Of a stretch of 64,000 bases of DNA, positions 9,079 through 18,114 are shown one piece after another. Under the pieces are notes generated by a model. That model was not told the DNA's origin. It did not search any database and was given only the letters and a program-made list of their open reading frames with translations. The DNA is from an uncultured Nitrospirales bacterium (GTDB lineage: Bacteria; Hydrogenedentota; Hydrogenedentia; Hydrogenedentales; GCA-2746185): positions 4,576-68,575 of the forward strand of contig CAYXRK010000002.1 in assembly GCA_964467615.1 (NCBI GenBank). Direction: 5' to 3'. A program made the translations under genes and the position numbers. Each line of letters begins with the position of its first letter. Position 1 is the stretch's first letter.

Positions 9079-9825
9079 ATGGTGATCGTCCCAAATAACG
9101 CGCTCGTATGCCGCCCGACGCGGGTTATTTCCGACTTGCATCTCTTTTGCACACGGTCGAACGCCGATGATCACATGGAGGCCATCTTCGATGCCGCCCG
9201 CGAGGCAGAGGTGTTCATCCTGAATGGCGATATCTTTGACTTCCGCTGGTCGAATGTCGGTAATGCGCATGCCACCGCGAGGGCGGCGGTAGAGTGGCTC
9301 CATGAACTCGTCCAATCCAACCCAGCGTGCGAGTTCCACTACATCCTCGGCAACCACGACAGCGTGCCGGAGCACGTCGAGGCGTTGACTCGATTTGCTC
9401 ATCGCACGTCGAACTTCTCTTGGTGTCCGTACTTCGTCCGGATGGGTGATGCCCTGTTTCTCCACGGTGACGTCGCGCACCGAAAAATGGATTCGCAAGA
9501 TCTCGCCCGCGCCCGCCGCCGCGCCACGCGTCACCGTCGAAAGGGAGAGGTGCTCAACAGGGTGTATGACAAGGCCTTCGAGATCGGCGTTCACAAAGCC
9601 ATTCTCAAGGCGGCCTCTCCCACCGAGGCCGTCGTGCGTCGCTTGCGCCACTACATCGATTCGATCGATCACGGGCCCGGCACCGGAACGCGCCGGATTT
9701 ATTTCGGGCACACGCACGTGGCGGTCGACGGCCACCATGACCGCGGGCTGACTTACTACAACTGCGGCGCTCCCCTAGCAGGCCTCAAATTCAACATTCT
9801 GGAAACCGACGTTTACTCCTGCTAG
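9079..9825 (+). CDS. Calcineurin-like metallophosphoesterase (LpxH/UDP-2,3-diacylglucosamine hydrolase-like)
   Basis: Motifs ISDLH, LNGDIFD, LGNHD, LHGD, FGHTH; start moved to ATG 9079 (AGAGGG RBS). Confidence 0.85.
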   Translation: MVIVPNNALVCRPTRVISDLHLFCTRSNADDHMEAIFDAAREAEVFILNGDIFDFRWSNVGNAHATARAAVEWLHELVQSNPACEFHYILGNHDSVPEHVEALTRFAHRTSNFSWCPYFVRMGDALFLHGDVAHRKMDSQDLARARRRATRHRRKGEVLNRVYDKAFEIGVHKAILKAASPTEAVVRRLRHYIDSIDHGPGTGTRRIYFGHTHVAVDGHHDRGLTYYNCGAPLAGLKFNILETDVYSC

Positions 9826-9977
9826 CCATCAGCGTTCACGTGGGGACCTTCGCAACCTGCCGCGATCCCCAGGGATCGCCCCCTCCGAATTGCGGCGCAA
9901 GTGCCTCGTCAAAGGGACAACCGTGTGATGGCCCCCAATCGGAATCTCGCGCCTCTTCGTAAGTGTTCGGTAATCTG

Positions 9978-10006
9978 TTGACACTGTTCGATAGACTTCT
10001 TACAAT
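9978..10006 (+). promoter_or_regulatory. Sigma70-type promoter
   Basis: TTGACA (9978-9983), 17-bp spacer, TACAAT (10001-10006). Confidence 0.8.
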
Positions 10007-10073
10007 CAAGTGTGATATTGGAGTGCTGGGCGCGACATGGCAGCGGGCGCGAAAATGGCTGAGGTCTTGACGC

Positions 10074-10241
10074 TTGAGCGATTCAGCGTATGTTGTTTTG
10101 ATGCTGGGTGTTATCGCTCTACTCGTGGTGATCATCGTTCCATCTCTCTTTTTCCGAAGATGTCCCGAGTGCGGCAAACGCGTGTTCCTCGACGCTGCGG
10201 TGTGCCGCTCCTGTGGGCGATCATTATTGGGCAACAAGTGA
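10074..10241 (+). CDS. Small (55 aa) single-TM zinc-ribbon protein, below the ORF-track cut-off
   Basis: TTG 10074 with GAGGT 8 nt upstream (alternative ATG 10101): MSDSAYVVLMLGVIALLVVIIVPSLFFRRCPECGKRVFLDAAVCRSCGRSLLGNK; TM segment followed by CxxC-x10-CxxC. Confidence 0.8.
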   Translation: MSDSAYVVLMLGVIALLVVIIVPSLFFRRCPECGKRVFLDAAVCRSCGRSLLGNK

Positions 10242-10284
10242 GGAATCGAATGCCGCGCGCGTCATCCGTGAAGGTGATAATCGC

Positions 10285-11826
10285 ATGCCGATGATAAATT
10301 GTCCGCACTGTGGTAATTTCGCGGATCCAAAACTGGACCGGTGTCCCCATTGCGGAGGCGGTCTACAGGCCCGCGCGAGCGCTGCCCCTGGCACAAAGTC
10401 TCGAAATCGCCAGACCTGCCCCAATTGCAAGGCGATGGTCCAAGAGGGAGACATCATCTGCGTCGTTTGCGGCACGAATCTTCTCACCGGCCAGAAGGTC
10501 TCCGAGGCGCGTAAGCCGTCGAAGAGCGGGACGAGCTATCGCGCGTGGGCTGCCGGCGGTGGCGCGGCGCTCTTGCTACTCGTTGCAGCTGTGGTCGCAT
10601 GGGTCTACATAACGACAAGGGACCCGGTGAGAATCGCGCTCGAGCTTGTCGAGCAAGGCGACCAGTTGAAGGCGCAAGACGTTTTGAGCGCTTACTTGGA
10701 GGGCCAGCCGGACGATACTCGCGCGCGCTACGTCCTCGGTCGTATCCAGTATTTGAACGGCGCCTTTGCGCCGGCGGCACAGTCGTTTGAACAGGTTGCG
10801 AATCGCGACGCGCGAAATACGGACGCCGCAATGTGGGCGGTCGCGAGTTATCAGTCCGCGGGTGGGGCGCCCATCCGGGCTAAACAAACAGCGCTGCTTG
10901 AAAAGGTAGTGACGGCCGATCCGAACAATTTGGACACCATGTACCTACTCGCGATGGCCCGAGGCGCGGTCGGCGATACCGAAGGCCAAATCGAGGTCCT
11001 CCGGCGTCTGCTCACGTTGCAGCCAGAAAACTTGCATGCGCTATGGGGACTGGGTTTGGGGATGGCGTTGGGCGCAAAATACCGAGACGCGAATCTTGAA
11101 CTATCCGATCTGTCGGCACGTGACCCTTCACCCGAGGTCCTTGCCGCGTCTGGACTTGTTCAAGCCTTGTCAGAACAACCTGAGGCAGCGAGCCAGCGCC
11201 TCGTGACAGTCCTGGAGTCGCCCGGACTTTCGATCCGTTGGCATGTTTTGACTGAATTGGGACGCCTTCTTATCCGACAGGGTCAATATCGCGAAGCGGA
11301 GCAGTATCTTCGAGAAGCGGCGGCTGAACGGGGCACCGGCGCCGAGGCCCGCTATCTCTTGGCGCTCTCTCTCGAAGCGCAAGGACTGCCTCAACAGGCG
11401 TTGGCGGAATCCGAAGCGCTGTCCCGCGAGAACGGCGAGTTCGCCGGTCGTTCCGCGATCCGCGCCGCCACGTTGCATCTCATTCTGGACAACCCTACGT
11501 CGGCGCAAGCCGCGCTCGAGCGGGCCGACGCCGCCGCGCGAGCGACGGCCCAGTATCTCACCGTCCAAGGCCGCGTCCTTGCGGCCAATGGGGACGGCAA
11601 CGGCGCGCAAAGTTCGTACAAGCGCGCCATCGATCTCGACGTGAACTACGCGCCGCCGCACTTGGAGAGCGCGTTAATCTACATTCGCTCGTCGGCCCTC
11701 GTCGAAGGGCTCGTTGAGCTCGAACTGTATGTCGCGCTCATGGGTCCCGACTTCCGGGGCCCGCAGGCTGACCAGATTCGCGAGCTGGTCAATCAATTGA
11801 AGCAAACAACCGGACGGGAAGCATAG
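10285..11826 (+). CDS. Double zinc-ribbon + transmembrane + TPR protein
   Basis: Start reassigned to ATG 10285; CPHC..CPHC and CPNC..CVVC pairs, one TM segment, then TPR-like repeats. Confidence 0.85.
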   Translation: MPMINCPHCGNFADPKLDRCPHCGGGLQARASAAPGTKSRNRQTCPNCKAMVQEGDIICVVCGTNLLTGQKVSEARKPSKSGTSYRAWAAGGGAALLLLVAAVVAWVYITTRDPVRIALELVEQGDQLKAQDVLSAYLEGQPDDTRARYVLGRIQYLNGAFAPAAQSFEQVANRDARNTDAAMWAVASYQSAGGAPIRAKQTALLEKVVTADPNNLDTMYLLAMARGAVGDTEGQIEVLRRLLTLQPENLHALWGLGLGMALGAKYRDANLELSDLSARDPSPEVLAASGLVQALSEQPEAASQRLVTVLESPGLSIRWHVLTELGRLLIRQGQYREAEQYLREAAAERGTGAEARYLLALSLEAQGLPQQALAESEALSRENGEFAGRSAIRAATLHLILDNPTSAQAALERADAAARATAQYLTVQGRVLAANGDGNGAQSSYKRAIDLDVNYAPPHLESALIYIRSSALVEGLVELELYVALMGPDFRGPQADQIRELVNQLKQTTGREA

Positions 11827-11848
11827 CTTCCGACCCGGGGGACACTCG

Positions 11849-13288
11849 ATGAGTTTCAAGCAACCAATTGCCGCTATCGCGCTGGTCGCGGGCGTCTCCG
11901 CCCACGCTTGGGGCCCCACCACGCACGTAGCAATCGTCACAACGGCGGTCCGTGTCGTGTCGGAGGACGGATCGATTCCGCTTTACAATCTCGCGCAGTA
12001 TGTGCGCGAAGGGGCGGGGGCGCCGACGGACGTAGTGGACCAGCTGTATCCGACGTTTGCGGCGGATCCGATCACTACCATCGCGCGAGAGATGTACCTG
12101 CTCCAGTCCGTGCGCGGCGATCGCGTGGATCCATACTTTGCCTTTCGCCTAGGGACTCTGGGCACGCTCGTCGCCGACATCACCTCACCGCTCGCGGGCG
12201 CGAGCGAAAGCGTTCGCCGCGAATACCATCGCGACGTGGATGCGGCCATCGCGAACGTCCAGATGGGACTATCTTCCCGCCGCGATGTGGATCCCGCATC
12301 GTATTTCGCGTTGATTCGCAGCCAAGCCTCTGCGCAAGACCTCACCATCGTCTTGGACTATCGCAGCGGTTTGGGTTTTAACGGGTTGGCCCGCGCGAGC
12401 CTATCGAAAGACGCCACTCGATCGGTTGACGCCGTCGCCGACGTTTTCCAGACCATCATTTCTAAGAGCGCCGCCATGGTAAATGTCTCGAGGGGCAATA
12501 CGCGTGACTTCACGCTCGCCGCGCTCGATTTCTATCTCGAACGCCGAAAACTTGCCGAGGCTGAGGAAGTCTATGGCCGCGTCAAATCGTCCGGGTTACT
12601 GTCCGCGGACGTGCAGAAAGACATCGGTGATATGTTTTTCGAGGCCGGGCTCTACGACCAAGCACTCGAAGAGTACGAAGGAGTCTTGGCGGAAAATCCG
12701 AACAATCGCGACGCCCTCAAGCGAGTGGCCGAATACTATGTCCGCGCAGGTGAGGACGCGCTCAAGACGAACCGACTCGAGGACGCCCGAGAAAACTTCA
12801 AGGCGGCCGTTGAGGCGGACAAGTTACACCCCGACGCACAACGTAAATTGTTCCAGACGGAATCACGCATCGGAGAACGAGATGCGCGACACGCCGACGC
12901 AAAGAAAGCACTTGAGACAGCCGAGGCCTTCGTGACCCAGGCCCAGTTGGCCGCGATGGAACAGAATTTCGGCGTTGCCATCGCACACCTGCGCAACGCC
13001 CAGGCCGAATACCAGAAAGTCACCGGCGAATTCGCGGACGAGGCCCAAGCGGCGAGTGCGGGCATGCGCGGCGCCGAGTCTACGCTTCTACAGTTGAATC
13101 AGGATTTCATCTCGAACGCACAACGATTGAGTGGCGCAGGCGCCGACATCGAGGCCCGGCGGCTCGCGGCGGACACCGACCCCGTTGCGTTCGACGCGTT
13201 TCGCATGTTGATCGAACGAGAACTCGACGCGGGCATCGATCGCCTTCGGCAGGATCTTGCCAAGTCGCCGCTCGATTCAGTCCGGTAA
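11849..13288 (+). CDS. Secreted TPR protein with a zinc-dependent phospholipase C / S1-P1 nuclease-like N-terminus
   Basis: Signal peptide ending AHA-WGPTTH (the mature N-terminal W..H motif of the PLC/P1 fold); TPR repeats in the second half. Confidence 0.7.
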   Translation: MSFKQPIAAIALVAGVSAHAWGPTTHVAIVTTAVRVVSEDGSIPLYNLAQYVREGAGAPTDVVDQLYPTFAADPITTIAREMYLLQSVRGDRVDPYFAFRLGTLGTLVADITSPLAGASESVRREYHRDVDAAIANVQMGLSSRRDVDPASYFALIRSQASAQDLTIVLDYRSGLGFNGLARASLSKDATRSVDAVADVFQTIISKSAAMVNVSRGNTRDFTLAALDFYLERRKLAEAEEVYGRVKSSGLLSADVQKDIGDMFFEAGLYDQALEEYEGVLAENPNNRDALKRVAEYYVRAGEDALKTNRLEDARENFKAAVEADKLHPDAQRKLFQTESRIGERDARHADAKKALETAEAFVTQAQLAAMEQNFGVAIAHLRNAQAEYQKVTGEFADEAQAASAGMRGAESTLLQLNQDFISNAQRLSGAGADIEARRLAADTDPVAFDAFRMLIERELDAGIDRLRQDLAKSPLDSVR

Positions 13289-13296
13289 TACGCTCT

Positions 13297-14301
13297 TCAT
13301 TCTAGGCGATGTACTTCTGCCGCCCCCTGGAACAACAGCCAGAAAATGTGTTCCAACCACGCGGACAGGCGATCAAACGTAACCACCCTCGCGGGCGCGA
13401 GGACGCTTTCCCATTGGCGCCGCAACGCTCCGGAATCGCAACCCGTGATGTACACGAACTGCAAATGCGGACCGGTGCCTTTCGGAGCCGCCTTTGTCGG
13501 ACGGATTTTGAGTTTGCGGGTGTAGAGCCCTTCTTCCGTACCGTGCGACAAGACAAACACGAACCGTCCATCGTGGAGAGCGTCAGCAAGCCCGTCCTTC
13601 GTCAAAGGTTTAACCACGACCGAACCGCGGCCCCACTTGGATGTGGCCTCGAGGGCGATTGGATAAAACCCCAGGTCGAAGACCCAATGCGGAATAAAGC
13701 CCATGTCGTCGTAGAGCATGTAGGCCGAACCGGGGACTTCGTCCGAGCGCGCTAGTGATCGGGCGTGCGCCGTCCCGCCAGCAACGGCCGATGCGGTGAC
13801 GAGCACGATGGCGTTCCAGACCAGCGCCGTCTTCCGGACCCAGGCCCGGTCGCCTAGCCCGCCAACGATGGGGACGTACCGCCACGAACCAGCGAGCCCC
13901 CAAGCGATGGCAAATGCCCAAAACACGATCCAGCAAAGGAAGGACCAACGGACCGCCGTAAGCAGCGTCGGCTCGAGCGCCGTGTCTTCGTACCAGGACC
14001 GTTTGAACACCAGTACGTACGAAAGGCAAAATGCGACGATGACGTAAAACAAGAATACGCAGAACAATCCAAACCAAAGGCCGAGGGCCTGCGCGTGGTG
14101 GAACGTCGTGAACGGGTCGTTTCGCCGCCGGATCGCCCGATGCACCAGCGGCGCGAACCCGGCGTAAGATACCGCCGCCAATAGTCGACCGCTTACTGAG
14201 GGCCGGGGCAAAGCAGCTGGTCCCGCGGGCTTGCTCGATTCGCGGGGACCGTCCGGGCCGGGGGTCGCTTCGTGGGCTTGTTCGGAGGTCAGCGGTCGCA
14301 T
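13297..14301 (-). CDS. Hypothetical membrane protein (4 TM, DUF4870-like) with a soluble C-terminal alpha/beta domain
   Basis: Hydrophobic segments, FTTFHHAQALGL pattern; C-terminal FVLSHG and YITGC motifs. Confidence 0.7.
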   Translation of the reverse strand: MRPLTSEQAHEATPGPDGPRESSKPAGPAALPRPSVSGRLLAAVSYAGFAPLVHRAIRRRNDPFTTFHHAQALGLWFGLFCVFLFYVIVAFCLSYVLVFKRSWYEDTALEPTLLTAVRWSFLCWIVFWAFAIAWGLAGSWRYVPIVGGLGDRAWVRKTALVWNAIVLVTASAVAGGTAHARSLARSDEVPGSAYMLYDDMGFIPHWVFDLGFYPIALEATSKWGRGSVVVKPLTKDGLADALHDGRFVFVLSHGTEEGLYTRKLKIRPTKAAPKGTGPHLQFVYITGCDSGALRRQWESVLAPARVVTFDRLSAWLEHIFWLLFQGAAEVHRLE

Positions 14302-14347
14302 AGGATAGTCAGATTGATCCTAACAGAAATTCGGGAGCTCGGAGGAA

Positions 14348-14851
14348 ATGACAATGGGTATGGGCCAAACATTCGCGCAAGAACTCGAGCACGAAGGCAC
14401 CGTCGCGCGGAAATTGCTCGAGCGAATTCCAGACGGCACGTTCGGCTGGAAGCCGCACGACAAGTCGATGAGCATGGGGAGGTTGGCGTACCACGTCGCG
14501 GAGGTGCCGGGTTGGATTGGGATGATCGTCGGCAAGGACGTGTTCGAGATGACGAGCGGCGAGGGCGGGCCGGGTGAAGCCAAGTCCGGTCCCGAGTTGC
14601 TGAGGTCTTTTGACGAAGGCCTCAAGAGCGCGTTATCGACGCTCAAGGGGGCGTCGGACGATTTACTCAACTCGAAGTGGATGATGAAGGTCAACGGTCA
14701 GGTGACGATCGAGATGCCCAAGGCCGCAGTAATTCGGGCATGGGTCCTGAACCACTTGATTCACCATCGCGGCCAACTATCAGTGTACTTGAGGCTAAAC
14801 AACATCGCCGTACCGGCGATCTACGGCCCCTCGGCGGACGAGCAGGGCTGA
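14348..14851 (+). CDS. DinB family protein
   Basis: GGAGG RBS; WKPHDKSMSMGRLAYH and NHLIHHRGQLSVYLR motifs. Confidence 0.92.
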   Translation: MTMGMGQTFAQELEHEGTVARKLLERIPDGTFGWKPHDKSMSMGRLAYHVAEVPGWIGMIVGKDVFEMTSGEGGPGEAKSGPELLRSFDEGLKSALSTLKGASDDLLNSKWMMKVNGQVTIEMPKAAVIRAWVLNHLIHHRGQLSVYLRLNNIAVPAIYGPSADEQG

Positions 14852-14913
14852 CAACTTCGGACGACGACGAAATATTGGCAGGGTGTGAACCAACTTTTTT
14901 CGGAGTGACGGTC

Positions 14914-16110
14914 ATGATTCGATGGGTGCTATCGGTAGTGGTTCCTGTGGCGGCGTTTGCGGCGGAGGGAGGCCTCGATGGCCGCGTGATCGAAGTCACC
15001 GGCGGGAAGCAAACGAGCGTGGACGCGCCGCTGGTGCTTTCCTACGACGGCCCGGACGTTTCCGGCGCGGTGTCTGTCGAGCAGTCCGACACGGGTAAAC
15101 AGTATCCCGCCGCGGCGCGCGCCAGGGAGTTTGTGTTCGTGCCGGAGGGCACGCTTCCCGGCAAGACCCACCGCTATACGATCAAAGTGAACGCGGCGAA
15201 ACGCTCACCCAACGTTGCGTTGACCAAGCACGAGGGCGAGGACGTGATCGACATAAACCTCGCCGGCGAGTTGTTCACCGCGTACCACTATTCAAACGAC
15301 AACAAGAAACCGTTCCTGTGGCCCGTTAACGCCGAAGGTGGACAAACAATCACCCGCGACTGGCCGATGGGCGAGAAAGACGTCACCGACGACCACAAAC
15401 ACCACGTGTCGCTGTGGACCTCCTACGGCGATGTCAACGGCGTTGATTGTTGGGCCGAGGAGGAAAACTCCGGCTACCAGCATTCAGGCGACGTGCAATT
15501 CGGCTCCGGTGACGCCTACGGATGGATCGCCGCCAAAAATGTTTGGCAAGACAAGGACCACAAACCCGTCGTGACCGAGGAGCGAGAGTATCGGTTCTAT
15601 TCGGGCGAGCCCAGCGCTCGCCTCATGGATGTGGCGGTAACATTCCGTGCCGACTACGGCGACGTTAAGTTCGGCGACACGAAGGAAGGCGGCCTCGTCA
15701 GCGTTCGCATGGCCGACGCGCTCCGCGAACAGACCGGGGGCGGCAAGGTCACGACCTCCGAGGGCGTCACCGGATCGCTCGCAGCGTGGGGAAAACCTGC
15801 CGCATGGTGCGACTACTCCGGAACGCTCGAGGGCCTCGGTGTGCGCGGGATAACCGTGTTCGACAATCCGTCAAATTTACGTTACCCCACCTCGTGGCAC
15901 GTTCGGAACTACGGGCTAATGGGCGCGAATTGTTTCGGGTATTCCCACTTCACGAACGGAAAACAGAACGGGGACTACCTTCTCGAAAACGGAAAGTCCG
16001 TCACGTTCCGATACCGCGTTTTCGTTCACTCGGGCGACACGACCGAAGCGAAAGTATCGGATCGATTCGCGGACTACGCCACGCCGCCTTCCGCGCGATG
16101 GGTCGAGTGA
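14914..16110 (+). CDS. Secreted 'PmoA family'/DUF6807-like protein of unknown function
   Basis: Start reassigned to ATG 14914 (GGAG RBS, signal peptide); KPFLWP, DHKHH, KEGGLVSVRM, WCDYSG, WHVRNYGL motifs. Confidence 0.8.
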   Translation: MIRWVLSVVVPVAAFAAEGGLDGRVIEVTGGKQTSVDAPLVLSYDGPDVSGAVSVEQSDTGKQYPAAARAREFVFVPEGTLPGKTHRYTIKVNAAKRSPNVALTKHEGEDVIDINLAGELFTAYHYSNDNKKPFLWPVNAEGGQTITRDWPMGEKDVTDDHKHHVSLWTSYGDVNGVDCWAEEENSGYQHSGDVQFGSGDAYGWIAAKNVWQDKDHKPVVTEEREYRFYSGEPSARLMDVAVTFRADYGDVKFGDTKEGGLVSVRMADALREQTGGGKVTTSEGVTGSLAAWGKPAAWCDYSGTLEGLGVRGITVFDNPSNLRYPTSWHVRNYGLMGANCFGYSHFTNGKQNGDYLLENGKSVTFRYRVFVHSGDTTEAKVSDRFADYATPPSARWVE

Positions 16111-16143
16111 CGACCGCAAGCCACGAGACACGCGAAAATGGAA

Positions 16144-16172
16144 GCGGCCCCGAGCCAGATGGCCGGGACCGC
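16144..16172 (-). terminator. Probable terminator of the cold-shock gene
   Basis: GC-rich imperfect hairpin (gcggtcccgg...ggggccgc on the minus strand) followed by TTCCATTTT, 21 nt after the csp stop. Confidence 0.45.
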
Positions 16173-16193
16173 AGGTCTAACGTATGATCGAAA

Positions 16194-16397
16194 TTACAGA
16201 GGGCGAACGTTTGTCGCCTCGGGACCTTTGCGCCCCGTGCCGGGTTCGTACTCCACGCGTTGTCCGTCCTTCAGCGATCGAAACCCTTGGGATTGGATGC
16301 TGCTGTGGTGGACGAATAGGTCGCGCCCGCCGTCATCCGGCGAAATGAACCCGTATCCTTTTTGATCGTTAAACCACTTGACTACACCAGTTGCCAT
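16194..16397 (-). CDS. Cold-shock protein (CspA family)
   Basis: [12 protein letters not shown] (RNP1) and LFVHHS (RNP2); 67 aa. Confidence 0.97.
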   Translation of the reverse strand: MATGVVKWFNDQKGYGFISPDDGGRDLFVHHSSIQSQGFRSLKDGQRVEYEPGTGRKGPEATNVRPL

Positions 16398-16579
16398 CTT
16401 GACTTCTCCCTAACCCGCTCTCGCAGGCCGTTGCATTGCCCTGTATTCAAAAACATGGAACCTGCCTGCTCAGGGCCGCAAGGCCGTCCCGCGCTACATA
16501 GTAAAGCAGAAAAATGCGCAGTAGTCAACAAACTTGCGGAATCCTCGTAAGACGCTCTACCGGGGCAATATCCGGCCAA

Positions 16580-18079
16580 TCACAACACCCGGCCCAACGC
16601 CTTTCCCGAGATTTCCCGGTGGGTATGGCCTGATTTCGCAAGACCTTGCACAAATTGACCGCGTTTCTCGTCGGAATCGAACTCGAATCCCATCAGCGCC
16701 CGCCCCACCTGTTCCCCTGAAAAAGCGTAGTTGAAGTAGCACAGGCTGGCTTGGCCCTGGACGCCGGCCAGGAAGTCGTGCAGCGCGCCGGCCCGCTCTG
16801 GAAACTCGAACTTGAAAAAGTAGGGCCGCGAAAACAGGTGCGGCTCGTAGTGAATGATGCGAAACTCGACGTCCTCCTCGGAGGTAACTTCCTCGTGCGG
16901 GATGCCCAACTCTTGCAGGCGTTGGTCGAACAGCCGCAGTTCGAGGGGCGACGCCTCGAACCCGATGACGGGCCACGCACGATCGGGATGTACCTTGCCG
17001 TACTGGAACTCGACGATGTTGAGCCCTGAAAGCGCCGTCTCAAGCAAAGCGAGCATGCTGCCGCTGCGTTCACTGATCTCGAACCGGAAATATTTGCGCC
17101 GTCCCCCGCCGATTCCGGCGTGCCGCGCGACCCAGGCCAACTGCGCGAAGTCGATGTTCGCGCCGGCCAAGATGCAGAGCGCGCGCATGCCGCGAATGGA
17201 GTCGCACTGCTTGAGCAACCCAGCGAGGCCCATAGCGCCCGAGGGTTCGGGAATGCAACGGCGCGATTCCCATACGTGTTGAATCGCGGCGCAGACTTCT
17301 TCGTTGGTGACGGTGATGAATTCGTCGAACAACGAAGCGCAGAGCGGGTACGTCAGATCGCCTGCCTGCTTGACCGCGGTGCCGTCGCAGAACACGTCGA
17401 CGTGATCCAGGCGCACGGGCCCGCCCGCCTTTATCGCCGCGCCCATGCTGGCTTGTTCGACCCCTTCCACGCCTACAATTCGAATGCTCGGATAGTACGA
17501 CTTTAGCCAACAGGCGGCGGCCGCGCCCATTCCGCCGCCGCCGATCTGGAGATACACGATGTCGAAGGGCCCATGACCCGACATCACGATCTCATCCGCG
17601 AGCGTGCCCTGGCCCCCCATTGTCAACAGGTCATCGTAGGGGTGAATATAGATAGTGCCCGACTTGGCGACGTCCTCTTTCGCCAGCGCCGCCGCCGCGT
17701 CGAAATTATCGCCGTGCATGAAGACTTCGACGCGGTGGCCGCCGTGATGGCGCACTGCGACTTGCTTCGTCTTCGGGGCGGACTCGGGCATATAGATGCG
17801 CGCGTTGATGCCAAGTTTTTGCGCTGCCAGAGCGACGCCCTGCGCGTGGTTTCCCGCCGACGCCGCGACCACCCCCCGCTCGCGTTCCTCCGGGGTCAGC
17901 ACGGCCATCCGGTTGTAGGCCCCGCGCCATTTGTAGGAGTGAATGGGCGAGAGGTCCTCGCGCTTGAGGTACACTTCGGCTTCGACCGGCAGGCTGATGC
18001 GCTCGAGCGGCGTGGGCTGCGCAATGGCGTAGACCCGTTGGCGCGCCATTAGGATTTCGTGGAAGAGCCGCTCGCGCAT
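16580..18079 (-). CDS. ilvA: Threonine ammonia-lyase, biosynthetic
   Basis: KREDL..SYKWRGA PLP lysine motif, ASAGNHAQG, two C-terminal ACT-like regulatory domains ([19 protein letters not shown]). Confidence 0.95.
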   Translation of the reverse strand: MRERLFHEILMARQRVYAIAQPTPLERISLPVEAEVYLKREDLSPIHSYKWRGAYNRMAVLTPEERERGVVAASAGNHAQGVALAAQKLGINARIYMPESAPKTKQVAVRHHGGHRVEVFMHGDNFDAAAALAKEDVAKSGTIYIHPYDDLLTMGGQGTLADEIVMSGHGPFDIVYLQIGGGGMGAAAACWLKSYYPSIRIVGVEGVEQASMGAAIKAGGPVRLDHVDVFCDGTAVKQAGDLTYPLCASLFDEFITVTNEEVCAAIQHVWESRRCIPEPSGAMGLAGLLKQCDSIRGMRALCILAGANIDFAQLAWVARHAGIGGGRRKYFRFEISERSGSMLALLETALSGLNIVEFQYGKVHPDRAWPVIGFEASPLELRLFDQRLQELGIPHEEVTSEEDVEFRIIHYEPHLFSRPYFFKFEFPERAGALHDFLAGVQGQASLCYFNYAFSGEQVGRALMGFEFDSDEKRGQFVQGLAKSGHTHREISGKALGRVL

Positions 18080-18114
18080 TTAGATTGGCCCCGCGTCCCC
18101 TGGTGTAGTCGACA

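Noticed and set aside
14914-16110. 'PmoA family' label implying methane monooxygenase
   Set aside because: A soluble secreted protein with no TM core and no pmoB/pmoC; the family name does not indicate activity.
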